A DNA stretch of 63,162 nt, counting the filler, from Lenisia limosa (Eukaryota > Protista > Breviatea), in the NCBI GenBank assembly GCA_001655205.1. It is 18 parts of 18 records of this genome, joined end to end, with 100 filler letters (N's around TTAATTAATTAA, not from the genome) between each part and the next. Parts side by side here need not be neighbours in the genome. Positions count along the whole stretch, not along the records: positions 40,958 to 49,178 come from LPNZ01010329.1; positions 49,279 to 50,657 come from LPNZ01001515.1; positions 50,758 to 55,065 come from LPNZ01006174.1; positions 55,166 to 63,162 come from LPNZ01010255.1; 14 more parts are not named here. One strand, given 5' to 3'. Both the position numbers and the translations under genes were made by a program. Positions within the stretch are counted from its first letter, which is position 1, and every line of letters starts with the position of its first letter. The notes beneath the pieces are model-generated. The model ran no database searches. It was not told the DNA's origin and saw only the letters and a list, made by a program, of their open reading frames with translations. This document shows, in pieces, positions 45,701 through 58,216 of this stretch.

Positions 45701-48700
45701 ACTATGTAGATATTTTGTCAAAATTTCCAAAGAAAAATAGTGATATCGATAAATTTCGACAAATTTCTTTAAAATCTAAGGCTGGATTAGGATCTCAGGT
45801 AGAGTCACAAACCTGGAGGAGACAAGGGCGGAGTGCTGGTTTTGATAACTACCGGGGCAACATACTGAGGGGGTGAGGCGTTTCAAACGGGAAAGTTGTT
45901 TCGGATATCCAAAGAAATCCGCAATCCATGCGGAATAGACGCTGTACTGAAGGTATCCACAGGTCTTATATTTAAAATTATCTATTAGAGTCTTGCTCTT
46001 CAAAAACAAACCTCGGGGGCCTCAACAGTGAGATGTGCTTCCGAAGGTTCCGACAAATGTTCCGACAAATCATCCGATAATTCATCGGACATGTCTGCCT
46101 CAATGCTGGCATCCAGAGCGTCAAAATCAATATCTGTGTTGAAACCTGGGGGTGTGATGATGAATATTGGCTTACGGGGGGAGGGGAATTTAGATGATGA
46201 TGAACCGGAGAATATTGTGAGGAAAACCAATAGAAAATTGCAGATTTTGTAATCACAGTAACCAGGAATAAGTAGGCACTTTACTTACCTACATCCCGTT
46301 GTGTCGGGGGCTTAGGGAGAAGTTGGGGGGACAAGGACGGTGATAGTGACCGCGAAAGGTCCTATGCAATTACAACAAGATTTACGGTAACACAAAACCC
46401 TCCAATCATAGACCGAAGCCATCCATATCATCAGGAACATCAACCACGGAATACTTAGCTTCAAGTCAAGGTTGATGGGAAGCACATTTTACGAAAGAAA
46501 AGCAGATATTTGAAGATAAGAAGCATCAGAAATTGCTCAATATCATCATTATATCCCCCTCACTTCATCAATTTGTGGACTTGGTGATAGGGGTTGCAGA
46601 GTTCGGATGTAAGGATCTGGCGAGGCTGAAAAGTTAAAATAATGAATCTCTGGTTATGAAATCTGATAATATTAGCCTAATAGTGTAAGACCAGCAGTGT
46701 CAAAGTCGATCTACCCCCCCTTCTATTTGGCCACATTCCACACACAATAAAAGCAGAGGATATTCGGTTTTTCAGAACCAGCCAAACCTTCTCGAAGCGG
46801 ACTGGTAGGCTCATTGTCGAGCGGACTCGGCTCGGATAACTGCGAAACTTCCGATGCTTCCGCTTCCGATGAAGTGAAACTTGGAATTTCGGTGTCAAAT
46901 GCCGGGGGTTCTGGAAGGGGGGGTTTGAATTCTGGGGAGGCAGATATATGATATATTATTGGAAAATGGTAATTCTACTGTGTAACAAACCTTCATGTTC
47001 TTGATGGACGGTTTCTTCCTTTTCGAGCGGATTTACTTGGGAATTAATGGCAGCAGCGTCAACTTCATTTAGTCCATCTGGCAGGTTTGTTGATGATTCT
47101 GAAGGGTGAAGATGCCTTCATTATTTTCTTTATTTTTATTCCTATCATTCCCCTATCACAGACCTAGTACAGACCATATCCCACCCCCCTTACCGTCACT
47201 CAGAGACAGATCCGGTAGTTCAGTGTTGAAAGCCTCGGGTTCTGGCGGGGAAGGTTCTCGCTAAATCCAGGTAAAAGATGGTGCTTCACTTCGGTTCGAA
47301 TATGATTTCTCGATAAATCCTCGAAAACTATCGATATTTTACCGGTATTTTTCGAACTGAAGTGAAGCCCTAGTTAAGAACTGGCCCTCTGTGATAGCAT
47401 TGAACGAAGCACCTTTAACTGTCCTTATCCTTAGCCAAATCCAAGCACTCGAATTTCTGTATAAGGCAATAACTGCTCTCAGTATTTTCTATGCCTTGTA
47501 GATCCGTGCAATTGTTATTTTTTGAGGGCAATAATTGACAAAGTGCGAAACCAATTTTCCTGAAATGTCTGCTAATAATATGTTCACTTCAAATTTTGCA
47601 AACGATTTCTCAATTATTACAAGGAGCCCTAGTCCTCGATATTTCTGGGGCTTTACAATAAAAAAAGAGTCCCGGCACCTACCTGAGGGGAGTCATCAAA
47701 ACGAGTGTCAACGTCATCATCATTTGTAGGCGATTTCCTAGGTATCAAAGGTGACGGAGTGGAAGGAACATCCAGCGATCCTGCTTCTTGCTCCAAACGA
47801 GCCTCGTCATTTCGGCCGTCTTCAATGGAGATTTTTGAGTCATCTGCAGTGTCATCCAATCCCGACACGCCCGCAAGGAGGTTCTCCATATCAATTGAGA
47901 CGTCAAAGCCAGCCATAAGACTTTGCTCAGAGGGACGCCGGGCTGTGGAGAGGGGGTAAGAATTGACAATTAATGAAACACCCTTTGTTCTTATAAAAAA
48001 CTATGTATTGAATACAACACAAGGAAAACAAGTCACATCAGGGCCACCCCCCTCCCCCAGAATTATCTCTGTTGGTCAAGCATTTTAGAAGCACATTTTG
48101 AAAAACAAAAAAAAACAAAGCAGAAGGGGGGGGATTTATTATAGCCTTCGGTGCAATAATATCTTACACTATCCTCTTTCAACACTCGTGTTTTTTTTTA
48201 GCTAACCTGATTTTGGGCTTTTTCGTTTCAAAAATTATCCAATTTTACCCCCCCCCCTCACCCTCTCTAACCCCCCCGGTGTGGGCGACAAAGCCAGACA
48301 CGGCGGCGGCAGCCAGAGATGACGCCATCGCAGCTCTCGCAATTGTTTCGGCATGGGTGTCGGCCGAGGCTAAGGCGGGTTAGAAGGCTACTGTACTAGA
48401 GTGTCGTGAAAATGGTATATTACGTCATATAGCTCCAAAACTGATGAAAGAGCTACTGGGTGGACCAGGGTTGGAATTGGAGCTCCGGGTAATTCATATT
48501 TTTTTAAATATGAATTGCCCGGGCTAATTTAGTGAGGCAATAGTAAGTGCACTGCTCTGATGAATCAGGGCAAAAATGCTCCTGGTAATATTCTGCGTCT
48601 GTTATCTATATGTAGTGGTTAAGGCTCTCATATATACAGTATGTGTGTTCATTATTGTTTTCTTTTACCTTATTAGTTGATTCCTTCCAACAGGCTTAAC

Positions 48701-49117
48701 CCCCCCCACAATCATAACCCGGGTGCTCCTGGGGTTCTTCCGCCTCAACGCCTTGGCCCGGACCGGCAACGTCTTCGGAAGGTTCCGACGCTTCTGATAG
48801 GGAAGATTGCCTGCTATATTGATCCTGGGGGATGGAGGGCGCGCTGCGATAGGATGGCTCGGAAGCGGGTTGTTCTGACGGGTCAATAGCGACTGTGCGG
48901 GACACGTGCCTGGATGGTGACGTCATCAGAAATCAGGGAATATGATACATAGCTCTATGTACAGTACAATCGAGTATAATACTAGTGTCATCTGATATGT
49001 CAAATCTCTCTTCCCCCCTCCCCCCAACGCGGGTCTTGACGGAGGGGTCTGTGCATCTGGCGGAATTGGACTGAGTGTTTGTGGGATGAACGACTGGCTT
49101 GGTGATCCCGGAGGTGT
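42786..49117 (-). CDS. Large acidic Ser/Pro/Asp/Glu-rich, probably disordered protein, partial
   Basis: Exons QTPPGSPSQSFIPQ..., SEASEPSEDVAGPGQGVEAEEPQ, AAMASSLAAAAVSGFVAHTGGVRE|ARRPSEQSLMAGFDVSIDMENLL, DIDFDALDASIEADMSDELSDDL, GGGLDWLGDDGEDLYDATPFEEV and DDAGPEPDYEPILKRPSA|GRGLPLAALSQF. Phases were checked at two junctions only. Confidence 0.65.
47283..47370. mobile_element. Family A MITE
   Basis: gcttcacttcggttcg...tttttcgaactgaagtgaagccc|TA. Confidence 0.9.
47501..47629. mobile_element. Family D element
   Basis: gatccgtgcaatt...cctgaaatg...cacttcaaattttgca...aattattacaaggagccc|TA. Confidence 0.65.
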
Positions 49118-49324
49118 CTGTGGGGGTGGGTGAGTAATATTAGAAATGTAAGAAACAAAAAAGCCCAAAATCAACTCTNNNNNNNNNNNNNNNNNNNNNN
49201 NNNNNNNNNNNNNNNNNNNNNNTTAATTAATTAANNNNNNNNNNNNNNNNNNNNNNNNNNNNNNNNNNNNNNNNNNNNGCTTTTTTTTTGTGTCATAAAT
49301 TTTCCAGTTTTACTCACCCCCCAG

Positions 49325-50569
49325 GCACAGCAAGCACAAGAGCAGCTCCGCCAAGCCCAATTTGCTGCCCATCAGCCACAGCCCCAGAGGGCCCCGCAGA
49401 GCCAACAACCCATCCACAATCCTCCCCAGGACCAAATATGCTACAACAACCAGACCGCTGCCGCAGTCCCGTCTGCCCCTCCCGCTCCTCCAGCCCGTGC
49501 CGTGGATCCAGAGATGGAGAGACGCCAACGTTTGGAGGAGTCGCGCAGACAACAGCGTGAATTGATGCAGCAGGCGTACCAGGAAGATAGTCCTCTTACT
49601 CAGCAGAATCAGGGAGATATGTACCCCCAGCAGCAGCAGTATAACCAGAATGCACCTCAATACCCGCCGGGTCAAAATATTCCCGGTTCCTCCGATCAGA
49701 ATACGCAGGACGGATACACCGGCTACAATGCGCCACAGCAAGGACAAAATGCCGGTTATAATCAGAACCAGGGTTATGCCCAGGGACAAGGCTATAATCA
49801 AGGACAGAGTTTCCAGCAAGGTAATCAAAGTAATCAAGGCCAAAATTATCAGCAGCAGCAGCAGCAAGGATACGATCAGAACGCCAACCAGCAACAAGCG
49901 TATCAGGACCCCCAGCAATCGTATCAGCCGAATGCGCCAAATCTGCAAGACGGACAAAGTCAGCAGCAGGGTTATTCGCAGTACAATCAGCAGAATGTTG
50001 CACAAGGTCAAGGCGATCAGAACTATCAGTCCAATCAACAGGGCTACCAGTACCAGGGTAATCAAAGTAATCAGCAAGGTTTTGGCCAGCAGCAATATCA
50101 ACAAGGCCAGAGCAACCAAGGTTACCAGCAACAGCCTAATCAAAGCAATCAAGGCAATCAGTATCAGCAGCAGTCTGGGCAGTACCAGCAACAGGATCAG
50201 TATAACGCCCAGTTTGGTCAGAATCAACAGTACCCCCAGAGTGCTCAGCAACAGCAGATGCAAAATAATCAAGTTGGGGGAGGGTTTATGCTGCAGACAT
50301 AATTAAAGTTGTATGCAAAATAAAGCAATTGATTTGGAAGGTTATTATTTTAAGTTCAATACTAAAATAAAAGGGTAAAACTCCTTTTTATTAATTCTCA
50401 TTTCTACACATGATATAAAAAATATTGTCCAATTTTTACTCTCTAGTACCCTCAGCAACAACAGGGACAAAACCAGGGCTACAACCAAGGCCAACAGAAC
50501 TACCAGCAGAACTACAATCAACAGCAGCAGCAGAATATGCCGCAACAACAAATGCAGCATAATGTTGAG
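49325..50569 (+). CDS. Q/N/Y/G-rich prion-like low-complexity protein, partial
   Basis: Open exon 49325-50272 (316 codons, e.g. QGYNQGQSFQQGNQSNQGQNYQQQQQQGY) and exon 50447-50569 (YPQQQQGQNQGYNQGQQNY...), joined in phase 0 with AG/GT boundaries. Confidence 0.85.
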
Positions 50570-51112
50570 GTAAGGGCACTCGTTAGAATTCTCATTATAT
50601 TTATTGAAATATTACTGGGGTAATGAAAGTGGAGAAAAAAATGGTCCAGATTCCCCCNNNNNNNNNNNNNNNNNNNNNNNNNNNNNNNNNNNNNNNNNNN
50701 NTTAATTAATTAANNNNNNNNNNNNNNNNNNNNNNNNNNNNNNNNNNNNNNNNNNNNATCATATTTTTTGTGTTACAACCATGGTTGCATGATGAATCTG
50801 ATGGTTTTAACCTCACTGGATTGTCAGTGGAGAAATGATAGCAGAGTCACTTATATGTGTTCTTTTGCGTTGTATTAGTCTTTTTTATTGTCTTTCTTCA
50901 CTTATCATCCCAAGAAAAGTAAATATTATGTGTATTACATAGTATAATATGATAGGTATTGCTCCATCTTCACACCCAGGCTAAGTATAAAACTGGCACG
51001 GGAAAGCACACGCGATCGGCTAAGCTCCACACGACGCTGCATATTCCGTTTAGGTTTCCCTCTTCTGGTTAGTTATGTTTTTGAGATCCCCCATGTCACT
51101 CATCCATTCATG

Positions 51113-54100
51113 AGCTTAGGATCTCCTTACGAAGGCAGTAATGCCGACCTCGAGGCATCTCACGGCAGCCATCGCCGCGGCATCAAGGGCATCGCCCGTG
51201 GCTGGAACAATAAGGACAAGGACTTCAGCAGCCGGCATGCCCGAGCCGAACGGACAATCGTGGGCCTTGACATAGGCAGAAAACTTGTCATCCCCAAGGG
51301 ACCTGGGATCCCGACACTGTCCTCAGTTTCGAAGGTTTATGACGAGACCACCATGTAGGGGGAGATAGCAAACAGGAGATTCTAGTGGTATGGAAATGCT
51401 AAAAGGCTATAGGAGAAATTGTCATGATTACTTAATTTATTTTATTGTTAATGTCTCAGAGCCATCCTCATGGAGTTCAAACTTCTCCCATCTCTGGCTT
51501 CCCTGCCATCAAAGAGAAAGAAGGCTCAGCTTGGGGCACCTTGGTGGGAGGATTGCAATAATTAATATGTGTAACGTTTTTTAAAAGGTCCAGCCTCCTT
51601 TTATTTCTCAATACATGGGGAAAATAATATGATATTACATGTTTTTTTTATTATCTGTATTAGAGTTAATTTCCTGTCTTTTTTATTGGTATTCTGACCT
51701 CTCAGTTCATTTCTTATCGACGACAAGCGCCAGCGCGTTCAAATTTGCCCAAGTAAATGGACACAAAAATAAAGTATCATAAATATTTCTGATAGATATT
51801 GTCTCATGATCTTACTGATGAACATAATAAGGCTGTATCCCTTTCCAGTTTTGTGTTTTTTTTCTCCATTTGTGTTGGAGATAAGTTCACAATTGACAAA
51901 TTTAGAACTCTTCTATTCAAGATTCTCCTCATCTGTCGTCACCCAGATGCTTCCAGGCATTTATGCCAGAAAGGCTAGGGCCTTGAATGGCAACATTGCC
52001 CATCTTGGAGAGGTGATACTCACGCTTGGTTTGTCGAAGCGATGCAATGGGACTTTTGAAGATAATGTAGGAAGGAAGTAACTTGTTTAGAGCATCAGCC
52101 GTATTTCTTTCTTTGTGCTTTTGAGGACTCCCAGAACATCGGATATGCCGTGGTTACACCGATGCATTTTGTGGAGGTTTGGTGTTCCCGTATTTTCTTT
52201 GGTGAATCTTATTCTATAATAAAGGTATCGACAATCGGGCTCATCAGTCGAACCGCGAACTCGGCTGTTGCCATTCCAACCCAGAAGGTGAGAACGGTCA
52301 CATTGCGTATCCTCTAATCTAATATCTTACCTCTCTAATTTCAAAAAAAGATCGCACGGGTGTTACCAAGTCAGCACTATCATCAAGATGGAACTTGTTT
52401 CGTTGTCCAGGAGGATGATGGGGCCACCACTGCTACGTGTGACACGAAGTTTCTGAAATTCCCAAGGCTTCCTGATCGGCTCAGGCTGTTTGACTTCGCA
52501 GGCTCTCCTGTTCATCGGAACGACTCTCACACTGTCAGTGATGATCACGATTCATACTTGTTTTTCTGCGCGTCTCTCAACTCACCTCCTAGAACATTCA
52601 CAGACGTTTTCGATTGCTTCGACTTCCCTTTGCCGATTGCAGCAGACCACAAGGCGGTTATACCTTTGCTGAGTGATGGTATGTTCCTTTAGATCAACCA
52701 ACCGAACCCACAGTACTTCCTTTTTATTATTATTTATTTATTGACATACCCCCTGTTCTGAAATTAATATCAGACACTGCTAAACATTTCGCTGATACCC
52801 AAGCCCGTGCCCACAAGCCCGTGCCGATACCCCAGGCGTTTATTGTTTTCGTTGCAGTTTTCTATTATTTTTTTCACTTGTTTTCTATTTTCTAATTGTC
52901 TATGTTGTTTCTGAATTCACAAAAAAAAAGGATAGTAAAATCTTTACTTCCAAAAAAAGATGGCTCATATGGGGTTCGCTTTGTATCTCGCCACACCAAA
53001 AAAAAAAAAAACATTCCCCAAAAAAACATTTCTATCAACCCTATTATGGACACATTTACATGATTCCAATAAGAGATGTCACCCACATCCCCGGTACTTC
53101 TGTTAAATTGTGAAGAGTATTCTCATTCTCACAAAAGCTCTCTGTGATAGAGGTTCATACTTCATTGTTTTCATCCTTAATATAAAACTGGTGGTTCTAC
53201 GTATTCTCACACTGTGTTTCACTTTTTCATATTGTGTACATTTTGCATAGAAAAATGTCAAGAGCTACAACAAAACCATTCCTTGTCCATCATGCCTATC
53301 ATACAATATTCGCATCTATTGTCGAGCTCTCTTGATAGACATGGAAAAATCAGTTTTAATGCGTCCGGAAGTTAACTCAGAAACTCGTAGTGCCACCAAC
53401 TCAGGATAGAATTGAGATTGCTCATCGTTTCTACAAAAATTAGTTCGCATTGATTGACATTGTTACTTTGTGGCTGTAATTTGTGGAGGCTACCACATAA
53501 TATTTGGATCAGGTAGCAAGTCAAAAAGCTCCACTCACAATTGTTCTTTGAAACTGATTATGGTTTGGACCTGGGCATCCTCCAAATAGGTAATCGCTTT
53601 AAATACCGCCATAGTGGTTGGTGTCCAATTGAGAGATGGAAACATATTTCCACGCCTTGAAAGGCAGACTTTCTAAAATTAATGAGCAAGTCAACTACAA
53701 ACCAGAAGCTGAAACTTGAATTCGGCAATTTCCGAAGGCTCTTCAAAATGTGCATCATTCACCATATTAATTTCAAAGTTCTTCAAAAAAAAATCAGATA
53801 AGGAGACAGCGTTATTAATTAGATCTTCCTTTAAAATGACGTTGACTTTACGAGCAACTTCATCAGCATACTAAGCAATAACAACAAAAAATATCCCAAC
53901 ATGTTTAGTTAAGTTAACCCCAGCTGGGTCAACCCCTTTTTGGGCAAGCTTCGACTTTAATAGCTCTTCTCTCTCAAAGCTAGATGAAAACTTCATGTTG
54001 GCAACATAATCCAACGCCATTTCTTGAGTAATAGCCTGGAATATCAACACCTAGAGAAACAGTGGCTAGTATTCCTCATGTTACAAACTAAAAGAAAACA

Positions 54101-54700
54101 GTGATATTTTTAGAGGCCAAGGAGGAGACAGAATACACTGGTCAATCGAATTATGTTAAAGCGTACACTTAAAATTTTCTTTGCCTCAGCAGTCCTAGTA
54201 GGTGGCTTTTTCAATTTCTCCAACTCAGTCACCAAGCTACGCTACAGTTAGTCAAAGTCTAAAGATGACTGTTTCTCTTTGTGCAGAAATAAACCAGGCA
54301 GCTTTCAACTAACAAGGAAACAGTTCTTATTTTAGCATACTCCTTCAAACAGCTGAAAATACCGGCAACAGTAGTTCCAGTCATCATGACTCCGTCATTA
54401 GCTGCGAGAAGAGCTGAGGCAGCAGCTCCCATTTCAACAAACTCTTTTTGAGGCAGACCAGCAGGGAGATGAAACTCGCGAGCATTACCATTCTGCTGAT
54501 TACCAATATTTTATACTCACAGAAGAAAAAAAAGTGATAAAAGATAGTGCAACGTAAAATAAAAATAAATACCTCCACAACACACCACGCCCTACATACA
54601 TGTACATCACCGAGGAAGTCAACACCACCTTGGTTGTTTGGCGCGTTCAGTTCACCTGCCTCGTCGTTTATGTCCTCCTCGATGCCTCCTCCTGGTAGTT
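51113..54700 (-). CDS. Multi-exon gene, unknown product
   Basis: Exons GGIEEDINDEAGELNAPNNQGGVDFLGD, REFHLPAGLPQKEFVEMGAAASALLAANDGVMMTG, VLIFQAITQEMALDYVANMKF...KLAQKGVDP, YADEVARKVNVILKEDLINN and DDKFSAYVKAHDCPFGSGMPAAEVLVLIVP...RRS*. The middle portion (51.4-52.7 kb) is ambiguous in strand. Confidence 0.5.
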
Positions 54701-57700
54701 GNNNNNNNNNNCATGGGCATTCATTACATTCGCAAGGAGTTGATCCATGGTGGCTTGTGATGGTAAAAAGTTATCGTTGCGCGTTAGTCTCCGGCCTTGA
54801 AGAAAACAATGGGGCACAAAGGGGGTTTTCTCAAAAGGAGAAGAGAATAAGGCCAGACAATACGAAATAAGAATAAGCTGAACTGAACTAAGTTCATCCA
54901 TTTTTTTAAATGAGGGAAAACATTTTATTATTGGTCCTCTTTGCAACCTTTTTGTTTCTTTTTTTTCAGCTTATTTCTTATTATTGCAGGATACAGGTGT
55001 TAAGAGGTATGTGTGGTGAATTTTTTTCTTTTCTTTTCATTCAACTCACACTTTACTCTCTTCTTNNNNNNNNNNNNNNNNNNNNNNNNNNNNNNNNNNN
55101 NNNNNNNNNTTAATTAATTAANNNNNNNNNNNNNNNNNNNNNNNNNNNNNNNNNNNNNNNNNNNNTGTTATGTTTCATAACAAAATGAAGGTAAGACAGC
55201 AGTTGGTACTGTTATGTTTCATAACCAATAAGCAAATTGCGCACTCACACCTTAACAATTGAGAAACTCTTTGACTCTTGAAGGTATAGGTTGAGGAAAG
55301 TGCGGAAGTATAGAATGGCTTCGTCTGTTTGCTCCTTGCTGGGGGGTTTGGTTGAATATAAGACAGTTTAGAGTCCAGATTTTCAAATAATTTTGATTAT
55401 TTTTTGAAAATTGAAATCAAGAATACAAATTTCATCTGAAAATAGAAGAATAAATGTGAATATTTCTGAAAATTTCAAAATAATTTCAAAATAATTGGAA
55501 ATTTGAAATTTATAATTGGAAATCCCGTGTACAAAGCTGTCTATAAACTAAATGAACATGAGTGATTATGTTATATTATGACATGAAATTAGGAAAGTTG
55601 ACAAAAGCTGTGTGAGAACTCCTGTCTGACCTCAAAAGCTCAATATAGTAGATGACATGAAGCAAGCAGCTGATTGGACAAGATTCTGGTAACTCCCAGC
55701 CATGTACTGATGGCTCCTATAACATGAAAGACCATTGAATGGGAAAATTATTAAGAGTCTGAAATGAAGATTTCCTTCCAGTGTGTCCAACTTCAAAATT
55801 CCAAATTTATAATGTAGAAATGGTAAAGAATGGACTACCTGGCCGAAGTAGTCCTTATCATGTTTCAGAGATATTGAATCTGTGATAATATTAATTATAT
55901 TAGAGCTGTGGACATTTATTCCTGCCACAAACCGTTGTATTGTATATATTGAGAAGTTGAGTGTTAGCCAAGAATTGAATATTGATTTACCAGAGAAAAA
56001 GATAATTCAGTCAATTAATTAAAAAATGTACAATTTTCAACCCTCTTACGAGGTTTGGAAAATACTGTGCAAGAACAACGGTTGATGTATTATCCAGTTC
56101 TTTTATTACCTAGTGATTTGTTAAATGATTGATGATAGTGATCAGTTTTAGGCAATCACTTCAAGAGGAACAGATTTAAAGTTACAACAAACAAGAAGTC
56201 ACATAAATATCAACGATTAACACTGGACGAAATTAAAACACAAAACATAAATTCACTCTTTTTGACACCGCAATAAAATAACCATCAACACACTGCAGAA
56301 TACTTGATGATTGAGATGGTAAAGTATCATCGGTGGAAAATAATAATAATAATCCTCAATTTCTTCAATAATGATACGGATGAAGTCCACCCACATCTGG
56401 ATAGTCGGTTTGGATAATCTTGAAGGCCGCCGGAATTTGCATTGATGTTATAAGGGCGATCAAATCTAAATGATTTAGCTTATATAATATGGGTAATTAA
56501 AGCAAGCCGCTTAACCAGAATAAAACCTCGGAGTGTAAGGATTTTCCTAAGGATTTGGAGTAGCGCTTTTGACTACTTTGGACCAAAATTCATGGATTTG
56601 GGGCTCGGTTAAGATTATCTAATGAATGGTTTAGCGGCCTGCTTCAATATGACATTGATGTACCAGACGTATTATCATTGGTTATAAGATGGGGTTAAAA
56701 TATAAAAGTCACAACTAAATCTGTTTAATGTTTACCTTTTCGTTTGGTGATAGATTCATTAACTCCTGTCAATTCTTGACGCCATTCTACAGGATAATTA
56801 TGAAGTGATCACTTTCAAGAAGTCCACTTCGATACAAAAAAGAACGGTAAACTACCGAAATATATCAAGGACTTATCAAGATCCTATTTTAGACCGAACA
56901 CAAACCAGCAAGGGTTATGTCATTGTTTTCCAATTTTTGGCAATTTTCTTCCGAGCTAAATCTGAAGAAATGAGACAAGACAAAGTGATATCGTAGTAGG
57001 ACTTGGCCGATTTTACTGAAGCGAAAATACTCATTCCACTCAATATTATCAATGGTCATTATACATTTGCGCATGGAATATATATATATATAATGTTCTA
57101 TGTGTATTATATGATCTAATGTTTTATGATTTACGCCCATCGCAATAATTATCATTTAGATAAACATACAATCAATTTTCTTATTTAATTGTTCAATTTA
57201 TTTCTCTTTGAAGGTACAGAATCCATTACCAACTTTTTTTCCCATTTCATTTCAGGGTACACAAATGGCACCTCCTCTTTCTGCGAGTCTATCACCTCTC
57301 TAAATTGTGACAATAAGAGCTTTCCTTCGGTTCGCAAAAGAGTTGATTTTTTCGATTAATCCTTGATAAATGTTTTTATTTTGATAGTGTTTTAATGATA
57401 TATTATGGTGTTTTTTTGAAATTTTGATCGTGTTTTCCGAATCTAAACCCTTCTTACTTGAGGGATTTCTTGAAGCCGTGATAAAACATAAACTCTGCTA
57501 CCATTGCACTGTATTGTAAAAGGGGAAATATTCTAAAATACAACCATGCAATTATAGATGTGCATATCAATATAAGAAAATAATCATATTTGTACAACGT
57601 TATTGTTAGCTATATACAGTTTACATAATTGTATATCACATAAAATAAATAGATAATATAATATGCAATAATATAATCATTTCACCGCGTACTGAAGTGC

Positions 57701-58216
57701 TAATTGTGTCTCAAGAGTGTCAGTTATCTCGTTCTTTTCTCGTAATCGCCTAGCTAAACATGGTTTCGAGTCGAATAGGAGGCTTTGATGGTGGCTAGTG
57801 GAGTTGCGCTTGAGCGACGGGACATTGAAGAAGGGGTCCTGCCGTAAATAAGTTGAGCTATGAGTATGGAAAATAGACTGAATTTTTCGATAAATCCTTG
57901 AAAACTATCGATATTTTACTTTTTCGAACCAAATTTTAGCCCTAACCATGAGTAGGGCTTCACTTCGGTAAAACAGATCGGTAAACTATCGCGCATTCAA
58001 TCAAAGTAAAACCATATGTATGAGTTGATGGCAAAGTGATGAATTTCGCGAAATTGTCCGTAACGTCAGCACAGCCCAAATATTGTATGATAAAAATGAT
58101 ATCTGGCCGAAGCCGTCCATGAACCAAACCTTTCCCCACCACATAATCTTCCTTTTTCACCAACCCACACTATTATTATTTCATCACCCATTTTGTACCC
58201 TAAATTTCCCCATATA

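Noticed and set aside
49310-50272. 320-aa Leu/Ile-rich minus-strand ORF as a membrane protein
   Set aside because: It is the antisense shadow of the CAA/CAG-rich exon on the plus strand.
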